DNA from: a virus | Taxonomy: Duplodnaviria; Caudoviricetes | Strand: one strand, 5' to 3' | Length of the DNA: 63,328 bases | Virus record (IMG/VR): IMGVR_UViG_3300027815_000237 | Coordinates: 1-63,328 of that record | Shown here: piece by piece, positions 46,436-59,400 of the stretch | How the letters are laid out: each line of letters starts with the position of its first letter | Numbering within the stretch: position 1 is the stretch's first letter | Made by a program: the position numbers and the translations under genes | Notes under the pieces: model-generated | What the model was told of the DNA's origin: nothing | The model's database searches: none | What the model saw: only the letters and a program-made list of their open reading frames with translations

Positions 46436-47422
46436 ATGGGCGCACTTGCAGATGATCTCAATAAACCTACTCAGATTCGCAACCTCGGCAGGATTAACAC
46501 TGCCATCAGCTATCTTGCACAACGGAAAAAAGAGGCAGAGAGACTCGCAGCCTTACAGGAATATCTCACTCCCCAAACGGAGTTGACCCCTGAAACAAAG
46601 TCCTCGATGCAACAGGTTGAATCTGCGAGGAATATTGCCGTTGAACCAAGGCAAATGAATCCTTCCATGAATGAGATGGGGCCGCCCAATCCTCTGCCCT
46701 CGGCAGAGATGGAGCTACAACGCCCGCAGACCATGACACGTCAACGATCCTTGATGGAGGCTAACCCAGAGGAGATGGAAAGTTTCGGCCTTTCAAGCGG
46801 TGATATTCTCGGTGCTCGAATGGGACAAGAAACCCAAGGGAGGAAACTTGCTTCCGATATAGCGCTTGAACAAGCAAAGGGCGGCATGGATACCGCCCGG
46901 CAATTGGCCATTGAGACGGCTCGAGGTGCGGCTGGAATTGCCCTTGAACAAGAAAAGGCAAAAACACGTCGACCTCATCTTGACGAATTCCAACACTATC
47001 TGGATGCCAACGGTGGGGATCAACAAAAAGCCCGGAAGCAGATGATTGAAGATAGGATGAAGCTCAAGACGTCTGGTTTTTATCGTCCCAAGGTAGACAA
47101 ATTCTCCCTTTATCTTGACGTTTATGGCGACAAGAAAGAGGCGTTGAGGCAGATGCACGCGGACGATATTGAGCTTAAAAGAGTCGGGGCTCAGAGACAA
47201 CAGGATGATATGGAGAAGTTCTTTAAATCTATTGGTATCGCGGTGAAATCTGGTGAGGAGAAGCCCGGCGACATAACCAGAGAAGAGAAAGGAAAGACAT
47301 CGCGGGAACGGACGCGGCGCGATACTGTCAAGAAGATACTTGATGAGCAAGGCAAGAAGAGTGATGATAAAGCCATTGATAAATTCCTCGCAAAGTACCC
47401 AGATTTTCAAGCGGGTAAATAG
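46436..47422 (+). CDS. Putative ejection protein 2
   Basis: Charged helical protein with internal repeat (RPHLDEFQHYLD / RPKVDKFSLYLD). Confidence 0.55.
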   Translation: MGALADDLNKPTQIRNLGRINTAISYLAQRKKEAERLAALQEYLTPQTELTPETKSSMQQVESARNIAVEPRQMNPSMNEMGPPNPLPSAEMELQRPQTMTRQRSLMEANPEEMESFGLSSGDILGARMGQETQGRKLASDIALEQAKGGMDTARQLAIETARGAAGIALEQEKAKTRRPHLDEFQHYLDANGGDQQKARKQMIEDRMKLKTSGFYRPKVDKFSLYLDVYGDKKEALRQMHADDIELKRVGAQRQQDDMEKFFKSIGIAVKSGEEKPGDITREEKGKTSRERTRRDTVKKILDEQGKKSDDKAIDKFLAKYPDFQAGK

Positions 47423-50400
47423 TGGCAATACCCAACGATCCCACTGGTAAGCCGAAGAAGGTTCCAAGCAGGTACGATCTATCCGACTTCGAGGATAAAG
47501 ATACCGCAGTAGCGACCTACGACCTTTCCGATTTTGAGGATAAGCCGCCTGAGCCAGAGGTGGTCCCACCTGAAGTAAGAGCGTGGAGAAAGGTGAGGGG
47601 CGCAGCGATTCTTCCCGGGGTTGAAGTAACAGCACAGTCGACCGATACTGGCCCGCTCACGCCCGAGGAAATTGGAGCACCGGAACCCATCATAACAACG
47701 ATTCCTCCCGATACAAAGGCAAGATTAGCCGTATACAATCGTTACAAGGGTACAGGCATTAGACCTTCCGATGAAACAGTCCGTAGGGCCACGTCGATCG
47801 GGCAATTGCCGGGGGCCGAATCTCGCCCGATGACAGTTGAGCAAAGACAGAAGGCGCAGAATTACATTCAAGAAGCACTTGGGCAAATCCCACAAGCCGA
47901 ATCGGTCGGAGGAGGATACCGGGGTGAAGTCCTCGCTGGGAAACGCTATGCTGGGAAAGAAATCCCTGCGGGCATTGGAGAAACTGGCCCGACGACAAAA
48001 GATACTGAGTCAAAGCGCATCGAGGCTAAGAACCTCGCAAGCGCGCAACGCATCAAAGAGTACGGCAAAACGGCCATCCGCAAGGTTGATGAACTAATGA
48101 AGGTCGCTCCGAAGAAGCGTATGATCAGTGTCCGTGGGATTATGATGCCGATCGATGAGCCGACAAACAGCGCCCTTCCTCAGACCAAAAAATACCTACA
48201 AGAGATCATTGATACTCCGACAGAGTACGGTGGATTATCGGACGTTTTCTCTGGTATGGCTAATCGATTCGGGCCTGAGATGCTCCCATTCATCGGTGCA
48301 ATTGTGGAAGCCACAAATAATGACATGGTTCGCAGGGCAGCAGAAAAGCCGGAGAATCGTCGCACAGTAGACGAGCAGGCCGTTGTTGATGCGTACTCTG
48401 CATTGCAGAACTTAAAACAGATTCCACTCCCCGGTGCCTCCGGTTTTCAGATTGGTAGAGGGATTATGGACCTCATCCCGTATGCCGCGGAGTTTGCTTT
48501 GACGGATGGGGTATACCAAACGTCACGGGCCTTACTTAGTGCTGGGATGAAAAAGGTTGTAGGGCTTCGCGGTATCTCTAACATCGCCAATGCAATCGGT
48601 AAATCAAGCGCACTATCTCGGATCGCCAGCGGTGGAGAGAAAGTCCTAACGGCTACGGGGGCCGGCGTGGTTCAGTCTTTGACAAACGCACAACAGATTG
48701 CAAAGAATTTTACCGAACGCGCTATTCCGAAGCTCAACCTTACACTTTCCCCTGACGGTGAAATCGTCTACCGTAAACTGGAACTGGATACCGAAAGTGT
48801 GCTTACGAAATTACTGAAAGTCACAGGATTGAATGCCGCCGAGTTTGTTACAGAGCGGTGGGGAATTGTGGTAGAGAAGCCGATGGAATTTCTCAAGCGC
48901 ATCACTGTCGGTCGTATCATGGAGAAGACGGGGATTGGCACGATAGACAAGGCGATTGACTTTCTGCGGAACAAAACGGCATTTCAGGGCATCGTACCTG
49001 AAGTGTTTGAGGAGTGGGTGAACTATCCCATTCAAACGGCAATAGAAAATGGTCAGCCAGAACTCATGGACAAAGAGCAATTGTTTCAAACAACCGCGAT
49101 AGTCGGGGCACCGACGTTACTTGGTGCTGGGGCAAGAATCGGCGGGGGGGCTATTGACCGCATGGTGGAAGAAAGGCGCCAACGCGAGATGGTGAAGAAG
49201 CAAGCCGAGTTTAAGGCGAGAATGACTGGATTCTTGGATAACCCAATGGGAACAACTCAAGGTGAGGTTTTTGACATCATATCCGAGGGAGCAGATATTG
49301 ATCGGGCGACGCAGGCATTAGAGACTGAACGTGTCGAGAAGCCTCCTACGCAACAACCAATCCCCGATCAGGTTCAGACTATCATCGATGAGGTCGCCAA
49401 GGAATCGCCAGCGACAGCCGCTTCCATCAAGGCGAAATTACTTGATGGCAGGACGGAGGACATCACACCGGGCGAGAAGAACTTATTGGCTCAGGCGGCG
49501 AAGGATATTCAGAAGCCCTCCGTCCCACCTGAAGGCGAGATTGTTCCACCGATTGAATCTATCTCTACTGGCAAGGGTCCACTCGCCTTGAAAACAAGAG
49601 ATGGCCAAGTATTCAGTTTGCCAGATGCGAAATTACACTCTGAAATTGTTGACAAATTTGGTATTCCTGAAACGAGAATAGTCGATACGGGCTATCTTGA
49701 TGCACAAGGTAAGTTCGTCTCACAATTAAAGAAGGTTGAACGACCCTCCATCGAGACAATGCCTGAGAGACTTGGGGCGGGTGGCGTCAAAACACATGAA
49801 CAACTCCTTGATTGGTGGGAGAGGCGCCTTGAGTCAATTGAGTTACGCGCCGAGGCCGAAACGTTTCAAAAGTTCGCGCCAGATTATATCCCCGCACTAA
49901 CCAATCTACGTGGACAATTCGAGACATTATTTAATAAGGCAAAAAAAGAAAAGAAGTTCCTGGAATACTTCGATGACCTCAATGATCTTGACCGTAAATT
50001 CACCGCCATGTATGACAAAGCAGACGAAATGGTGGGGGTTATACATAAGCGAGAGGCCGTCCAGAAGATAATATCTGCGATCTTTGAGCGGAAGCCTGTT
50101 CCACCGATTGCCGGAGGGATCATACCACCTGAGATGCTCACGCCAGAGGAGTTCCGATCATCTCCCCCCGCAATAACCTTTCCAAGAGAAGCAATCACAA
50201 AAGGCGGACCGTGGGAAAAAGTCAGTCGGGAGTTGGTAGCTGGATCAACGTGGCAAGAAGTACACAAGAAAAGAGTCGAAAAAGCTCTCGCCGAAGGTCG
50301 TCCTGTCTACAAAGGATACGAAAAAGACTACCCCGATCTCGCCAAGAAGTACGGGGTGTCGACACCCAAACCAGTTCCACTAAAGCCGCCGCCAATAGTT

Positions 50401-53400
50401 GATAACTCAAAAACCGTATATGTGGATGGAACATTTTACCATAACACAGATCGAGAATCAGCAGAATCAATTTTAAAGAACGGTTTCAACATAAGCGATA
50501 CTCGCAATCTATCTCTGGCCGAGAGAGGATTTGTCTCAGGTAATCTCGGCGATGGGATATATCTGTCTCCAGACCTCCATCAAAATATGAACAAGGTTGG
50601 GGATGACGCAAATTTACAAGTGACACCTACGCGGAAACTAAAACTGTATGATCTAGGTAACAAACCTGGCAGCGCACAAATCTCCATAGAGTTTGCCGAT
50701 AAAATCAAGGATGCTGGTTACGATGGGATAATCGTAAATGATCCACATCCGAAATCTGGTGGTTATCAGGTTATAGTCTTCGATCCCCAAAATCTCACAG
50801 TGAAGTCCATTGTTGAGGATAATTTGATACTCAAACCAGAAGACTTGAGTAAGATTGATATAACCAAATCTAAAGAACTACCCACAGCCGAACCAGTGCC
50901 GCCGAGACCACCGCCGAAGATGCCGTCAGTTCCACCAGTAGAGCCTTCACCGCCACGTGTATCCGCAAAGGCCGGATCCCGCGAAATCCCAATGGAGAGT
51001 CTCGTAACGGATGAGGCGCGATTTCAAACACCCGGACGCACGATTGATGAAGAACTCCAGCAGGCTCGGATGGAGAATTATAATCGGAAGAAGATCGAAA
51101 TGAATCCGATTAACTATTGGTACGATCCGAAGTTGGGCAAAAATGTAGTCTTGGTCGGGCATCACAGGGAGGCCCTCGCTCGCCGCATAGGAGAGGAGAC
51201 AATCACTGGCATTGAGTTTGAAGGTACCGAGGAAGAGGCAATCCAATTCGCACAGAACGAGAATGCGGGCCGCAAGGCCGAGACTGCCCTGGTTAGAGCG
51301 CAATACTACAGGGCGCAAAGGGAAAAGGGCGTATCCCCAGAGCAGATAAAAAAAGCATTAACAGGGGAGGTGGGTAGACAGGGGGCGAATCACATTATGG
51401 ATCTCTCTTATCTGAATCCACGGGGTACTGTTATGGATGCGCTCAAGTCTCTTGAGGGCTCCGATGTCCAGACCAAGGGACTCATCTCCACATTTGCGGA
51501 TTGGATCGGCGGCATACGTAAGACAATGCCTAAACTGACCGATTCACATGAGAATGAGATGTTCGGTTACTTGAAGAAACATACTGGCGACGAAACGACA
51601 AGGAATAAAACGCAGTTCGAAGCCTTTGTCCAAAAGTTCATTGACAAAAACACGGTAGACGGACAATTCAATCCAGCAGAACCACTCAATCTCACAAAAC
51701 TTGAAGCACGGACACTGAATGAGAGAGAGTACGATGCGAGCATCGAACGCAAGCGCCAACAACGTCTCGAAGCCGAACAGGAACGGGACATCCGCGACAA
51801 AAAGCTCCCCGATAATACGACTCCCGAACAGCGCACCAAAATAATGAAGCCGTATATCGAGAGGGTGACGCGGCTTGAGGGTGAACTGCAAGACCTTATA
51901 GGTAAACGAGATGCCGCGTTTGAAAACATACGTTCGCAAGAGATAGATTTATTTGGTACATTAGATGAGGTCCCCAATGAGCAAATCGCTAACGCAGAAT
52001 CCCGAACACCAGACGAGACTGAAAAGTCTGAGACAATTGTCCAGGCTGTTGGACATCAGGCGACGGATGCAGAGGCTACTGTCGATCCTACGGAGCAAGA
52101 AAAACGGGCAGCGGAAACCCTAAAGAAGACCGATGAAGAAATCAAAAACATCACAGGTGCAGACCCGAAAGCCGGTGCGATTGACAAGTTTAAAGACGCC
52201 ATCAACAACCTTGATGATATGTTCGGGGCGCCGAGCGGGAAAGGTGTCTCTGAACCAACTCCTCAGTACGGTCCGGTCGATGAAACCACGTATCAGAAAG
52301 CAAAATATTATTTTGACCAGGCTCTTCGAGCCCTACAAGATCAAGGGAAGGATGCTTCGTTCCTTGCTGAGGCAATGCGCTATCGGTACGGAGAGAAGAT
52401 CGATCCGTTTGTCCAACGGTATTTAAAGGAGACTGAAGATGAATTTGACTTTCGACGCGGACAAGAGCTTTATCAGTCAACTGGAGAGCTCGGCGCCCTC
52501 AGACGACCAAGCGTTCGACTTGTTAACGCGGGAAATCTACCCAAGGCCGAAGCGGTTATTCCTCCTGGAAAGTATGAGGTTCTCGACGCCGGACAAAGAT
52601 ACGCCGTTAATCTCTTCCTCCAAAGATTCAAAACTCCCGGAACCCACGCCCTCTTAGCGGACGGAACAGGGTTCGGCAAGACCTTCGAGATACTCCCCAT
52701 TGCGGCAGAGATAGCCGCGACCTCCGGGAAACCCTCTCTCATCATCACACAAAACAAAGCGATCATCGCTGGCAGTTACGCTGACGCAGCGAAACTCTTA
52801 GGTATTACTCTCTCTCCGAAAACGATCCAACTGGCGACCTACGACGATCTCCGCTCCGGCAAGGTCGGAGGCGGTGACTACGGCCTCATTGTATTCGATG
52901 AAGCACACAATCTCAAACACGTTAGCGCGTTAAAGACTGAGGCGGCCAATAAAGTCAAGGCCGATCATCAACTGTTTGCTACCGCTACTCCGATGGACGG
53001 TCCGGCGGCGGCTTCGTATTTCATGTCACGCATTACCGGGATGTCTGAAGAGGAAGTCCAACACAAACTCGGCTATCAGATCATTGAGCGAACAGATCCG
53101 ATAACGGGGGATCTCAAGCGCACGGCGGCGATTCTCGAGGGACATACGTGGCCAGAGGTATTCGACAACATTATTGCTATGCGCGATGAAGCCATAAAGA
53201 ACGGTTCAATGATCCGTAGAGAGTATCCTTTCTATGGTGTTATCTCGAATCGTAACATGGAACTCGATCTGATGCAATCGAAAGATCAAAAGGAGATTGC
53301 AGACTATTGGGACAGAAAGATTGCTTCTACGAGAAACCCGAGGGTGAAAAAGAACTTTGCCGGGCAGAAGATTGGGGAACTCTCTCGGTGGTTGGAGCAA

Positions 53401-56400
53401 CACAAAGCGAATGAAATCATAAAACTCGCACAGAAGAAACTCTCCGATGGTCGATCGGTTATCATTGTAGCCGAGGGTATCAATGAAACGACAATAAAAG
53501 GATTGGATGGCGGTACCGTTGTGCCGGGATTGATAACCGTTCTTAGTAACGAGTTCAAGAAGATGGGGACAGATGTAGCGAAGATTCATGGGACAGGAGA
53601 TAAGAGCAAGGCCGTCGCTGACTTCCAAGGCAATAAGGTGAGGGTCGCCATAATGACGCCGCGTAGCGGAGGAGCGGGCATTAACCTCGATGACACAAAG
53701 GGTGACTTCCCGAGAACGATGATTATTGCTACGGCAAATTTCAGTGGAGATGTGTTCGATCAAATTATGGGACGAGCTTCAAGAAGGAACACGGCATCCC
53801 CGGTGGAAGTCATTTTTATTCAATCTCCCAATGGAATTTCGGATTTACGAAGGAGACAGATTCTTGACGCGAAACTGGGAGTCTTGAAAAGAATCCAGAT
53901 GGGAGAAGACCCGGATCGTGTAGACCTCGAGACAAGCGCAGCTCTGGACAATATATTCGGTGAAGATTCTTCTCCCGAGAGCCCGTTGCAGATGAAGGAA
54001 CCATCCATACGGTACGGTTTTCAATTTGGCAATCCCGAAACTTTTTCTTATGATACAGGTGATGAACAAACAATCAAATATCAAAGCCTCACGCAAAAGA
54101 GTGACGTACCCAGTACCGGGTTGCAAAATCTCTATCGCAAAGCCTCGGTCCGGCCCCTCTTACCGGGTGAGATCCAATATGCTAGACGCTTCTACGAAGC
54201 CGTCCGACACATCCGATTCTACGGAGCCCACGAAAAAATAAGGAACGCTGCTGACGCGGCGGCTGTTTTTAGGTCGTGGGAAACCTCGACGCTTGAGAAC
54301 AGCGGTCTTATACATATCAATGCGGACGGTAAGCAGGCGGTTCAGATCTTACGCACTGGGACATTTGATAGTGCGGATATAGACCCGAGAGAGATCGCCC
54401 CATTCCTTAATGCCTTCGGAACTACTGAAGCATACTTTGCTCACCATCATCCTTCTGGGAACATCTACGCTTCAGGGGGTGATTACCAAGTCTTCAAAAA
54501 CCTCCAGCGATACTTCCCGCACATCAAGATTCACGGCATCATCATTGACATTCGGGACGGTCTCTTTGGTTCATTTGACCCGAGTACTGCACCGGAAGAG
54601 GGTTTTGCACCTACCCCCGACAAACGGTATCCCCTGAAAGCAATTGAGTTCAGCAAACAAGAATATCTACGCGATCTGAACGATTTACCGACGGTGCGTC
54701 AATCCGGGGATGCGGCCAAGTTCTGGTCAGCCATGAGTTATGGTGCAGGAAAGAAACTCGGTCTGATCTCTTTGAATTCAAATCACGCTATCGTTGCGGG
54801 ACACTGGCTCACTGGCGGACACGATCTTTCAAACCCGGCACACATGGAGGCACTCAAACAAGAAATTCTCTCTTTAATCGGCAGATCGGCAGGTGTGAGG
54901 GCGATCTTGATTGGGAATCAGGAGATGCTCTCGCATGAGATCGCCAGGACCAACTTGGCGACACTACAAGAATCACTCCGGCAAGATCCCAAGAGCGAAT
55001 CTTCATTGCTTGATTATGTCGGTGTCGAACCTGGACTTGATACCTATGCCAGACCAGACAACTGGATTTCTGCACAGGAAGAGGGTGTGCTAAGAGAACC
55101 AAAGCCGCCGTATGGTAAGGCCGAACAAGAATACATCAACGAACAACTTCGCAAGGGCAATCTGGACCCGCTTAGAAAACAGATGAGGGAGATCGAGCGT
55201 CGTGAAGCTGAACTGAAAAATGAGGAACAACAGCTTGAACTCAATTCGCTGATAGAATATCGACGTCAGATCCAGAGGGAGATTGCAAGTGGGTTCGGCG
55301 ATAAAGTGACTCAGGAACGTGCTCTGAGAGAAGTTAATGAGCGCATTGACAAACTCAATCCACCATCGCTGTTTGGTAAAGAAGAGATAGAGGGCGGCAC
55401 ACTATTCGAAGCTAGGCCCGCTTATGGTAAGAAGAAACTCGTCAAACCGAAAATACCGTATGGCGCGGAAGGAGGGTTGCAACCTTGGCAGATGACACGA
55501 GAAGAATATGAGCGCCATCAAGAATTACCAAAGTTTGATGAAAATGAGTTATTCGAGAAGATAATGGATTCTGGATCATTGAAGACGCCAGGCGGTGCTA
55601 AGACACACTATGAGCAAATAGCTGACAAGTTAAGGAAGTTAATCGATCCTGAATTATTCCAAGCAATGAGAGCAGAACGTGAGGGTGAATCGTGGAGGAC
55701 GACTCCACAAATAAAGCAGGAACTGCAAAGCCTTTTAGAGTCTGCTCGACTACAACAAGAGCGTGAAGCCACAGCAGCAGGATCGGTACCAGATGAAAAA
55801 CTCCCGGCGGATATATTATTCTTCGGAATTAGTTCAGGACCTTATTCCAGAAAGGAGATGGGTATAGCATATAAGATAAAGAGTTTCAGCGTAAGCCTTG
55901 ATGAGGTCTCTCGTTGGTATTGGCATGGCAAAGAGGTGTATATAGATGCCCTCGCTATCTTACTAAAGAGTAAATTGGTCAAGGTTTGGAAATTAAAAAT
56001 CGAACAGTACAAAACCGAACCATCTTATGTCCCCCATCAGGAATTAGAACGTATACGTCAGGAAAGTCCTTGGTGGTTTGCGAATGTGACTGGCAATTCG
56101 GTTGTAGCGGAGGGATATGCTACAGAGCTCGGATATGAAGAAGCGGCAGGCGGAATGTCAAGTGTACGGTTGCGACCAGCAACAAGACCTGAAGTTGAAA
56201 ATATTGGTGAGGAGTGGAAAAAAGAGTGGGATGACAAATCGATCAATAGCCATCGACAAATAATTCAAATGGCTGTCGCAGAAGGAAAGCCTGTCCCGCC
56301 AGAAGTGCTTGCCGATTACCCAGATTTAGCCAACAGTGCATTAAAAGAACCAACCGCTCCCTACGGTAAAAAGACACTCGCTCCAATATTCTTTTCGAAC

Positions 56401-59400
56401 ACGCAGGCACTCATTGAGGAAAAGATGCCTACGAAGGCTCCGGTGTATCAAATTCAGAACATTCTCAAACAAGGAAAACAGGAAGAGATCAAGTGGACGG
56501 GTTTGGATGAATACCTGAGGACTAAGGATTCATTCACCAAGCAGGAAATACTTGACTATCTCAAAGCGAACGAGATTAGAGTTGAGGAGGTAGAAAAATC
56601 AGAAAAGGCTATAAATAAAGAACTTGATCAGTTAAGAGAAAGTGCGGTTGAGGCCGCAGAAGAACGAAGTCAAATAGCTTGGGCCTTGTACGCCGACGAG
56701 AGGGACGTTTTTCTTTCAGGTCGGGTGCTACACTGGATGTATCGGCACAATGGGAAACATGTTGATGTCCCTGAAGAGTATGTCTCTCGGCTGAACGATA
56801 TAAGGGAAACAATCACGCAATATGAGGAGCGACGTGCCGAACTTGAGGAAATCGGGGGGAAGGCTAAGACTAAATACGGTGGCTATGTTCTCCCCGGCGC
56901 GAAGGAAGGCACGTACCGAGAATTACTTTTAACCTTGCCAGTAAAACGGAGACCGATAACACTGGAAAATGTAGTGCCGGATAAAACGTGGCGGGTTATA
57001 GGTGGAGGAGAAGACCTGTTTGTGACCAAGCGTAAGGAAGGATTCTATCTGTCGGAGAGGGAGGGTCAACGAGTAGGTTCAATGGATTTCCCAAACCTCG
57101 ATGCTGTCAGAGATTACGTAAAAAATTGGGGTCTTCAACTTACACCCATGTTCTCTACATCTCATTTCGAAGAGCCAAACATCCTCGCTCATATCCGCTT
57201 TAACGAAAGAGAGACCCCCGATGGGAAGCGGACATTGTTCATCGAAGAGTTGCAGTCTGATTGGGCGCAGAAAGGAAGAAGATTAGGATTTGGAGTACAA
57301 AAATATCGAATTGTAAATAAGGGTTCAGAGAACACCGCCTTTGGCGATGAGTTTGGAGGATTGTTCGATTCAAAAGAAGAAGCACAGAACGCTTTAGATA
57401 GAGCGTGGAAACAATACGGTGACAAGCTACCTTATTCAACAAAAGAAAGCTACGAGATCATTGAAGATACGACGTTTGCCCCTAAGATCCCCGATGCTCC
57501 ATTCCTTCGAGGTGACGGCTGGAAGAAACTTGCTCTCCGCAGGATGATCCGACACGCCGCCGAGAAAGGATACGATTCTATTTCGTGGACGACCGGAGAG
57601 CAGCAGGCGGAGAGATACGATCTGAGTAAGCAAGTTGATAAAATCGGCTGGAGTAAACTTAAAGATGGTACCGTTAATATCGGCGTAGTGAAAGATGGAC
57701 AGGTCGTTATTGAGAAAGAACACCTGAGCATCTCACAACTGGAAGATACCATAGGAAAAGAAGCCACGAAAAAGATTGTCGATAACAAGGGTTTGCGGGG
57801 GGAACTACAAAATCCTGATCTCAAAGTTGGCGGCGAAGGCATGAAGGGCTTCTACGATAAGGAACTCGTCAACATTGCAAACGATATTGGGAAAAAGTTC
57901 GGCGCGAAGGTTGGAGAGACAAAGATTGAAACCGGGAAAGGTGGTGCGGCGGGATTTGGTCAGTTTGAACGATGGATGAAGGAGAATAATTATCCAGAAA
58001 ATCCTCTTTACGAATGGCAGAACGATACGGCACGTATGGATGAATTTTTTAATAAATCCGTTCCACCATCAGGTGAGATGGTCCACTCCCTTCCAATCAC
58101 TCCCGAGATGCGAGAATCGGTCCTTTACAAAGGGCAACAACTATTCGAGCCGAAGCCGGAGTATGAGCCATCCAAACCACCCAAAGGTGAAGAGCGGGCT
58201 ATCCCCGAAGACATCGACATCAGTACGGCTGGGCTTCCATTCAAACTCGGAGGAATGGATAGGATAAACCCAGTGATGATGCCGGAATTATTGAAGATGG
58301 CAAAATACATCACAGGAAGAGTCCCGATTCTGAAGAATCTCCCAAGCAACTATGGCTACTTCAAGTCCGGTGGAGCTATGTCGGTGATAGCTATGAACCG
58401 GAAAATCCAGAATGATCCTCGTCTCATGGCGATGGTGTTAGCTCACGAGATTGGACATGGCACTGATTGGATGGACACGGAAACCCTGAAACGTGGAAAT
58501 CTTATCGGACGATTACTGTCAATGACCTCCATCTATATGAAGAATACCTTTCCTTCAGGATTCCTTGGAGACGTAACAAACAAACAATTAAAAGCAGAAC
58601 TCGTAGGTTTATCCGCATGGTGGAAACCTTTCGATCCGAGCGCTAACCTGAATTACACAAAGTATCGTGGAAGTGCAAAAGAACTATATGCGGACTTCCT
58701 GAGCGTTCTACTGAATGCACCAAAGGAAGCAAAAGACCGGGCGCCGAAGTTTTACAATAAGTTCTTCGAGAATCTTGACAGGAAACCTTCTATCAGGAAT
58801 CAATTCCTGAGACTTCAGATGATGATAGCCAATCCAGATATGCTCGGGGAGGCACGGTGGAACGATGTTATCAATATGTTTAAGAAGGCCGAAGACGTAA
58901 TGCACCAGCAACATCTCGTCGCTCTGGCTGGGGAGAAATCAGTGTGGTTCCATCTCAAATCAGCACTTGGAGACAAAAATGCGAAGATGCTCGAAGCACG
59001 AAAGCAGATGATTGATGCAGGCCGGATCGAGAAACTCGTCGAGGGCGATCCTCGCTTTGCGCTTGAGGAGAACGATACCCTTTCGGTACATATCCAGAGT
59101 TACCTGAGAGAGCTTGATCCATTGATGCGTGAGATGAAAACTAACGACACAATGGATCTCGTAGGGGGGATACTTTTCCTCGACCGCATTCAGGCAGGTG
59201 ACAGATGGGAGTTTGCAAACCCGTTGGGACATATCCCAGGGACAGCAGGAGAACAATTGGAATGGCTAAAGAAGAAATATCCAGATAAATTCGAGATGGC
59301 CCGATCGCAAGCCGACAAGCTACACGACTGGTTCAATCAGGTCAGAGACTTGATGGCAGAGGATATGATGACGCCTGAGCAGGTCGAGGCCACGGCGCCG

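Noticed and set aside
46793-47635. 280-aa minus-strand ORF
   Set aside because: Antisense to two well-supported coupled genes; no recognisable features
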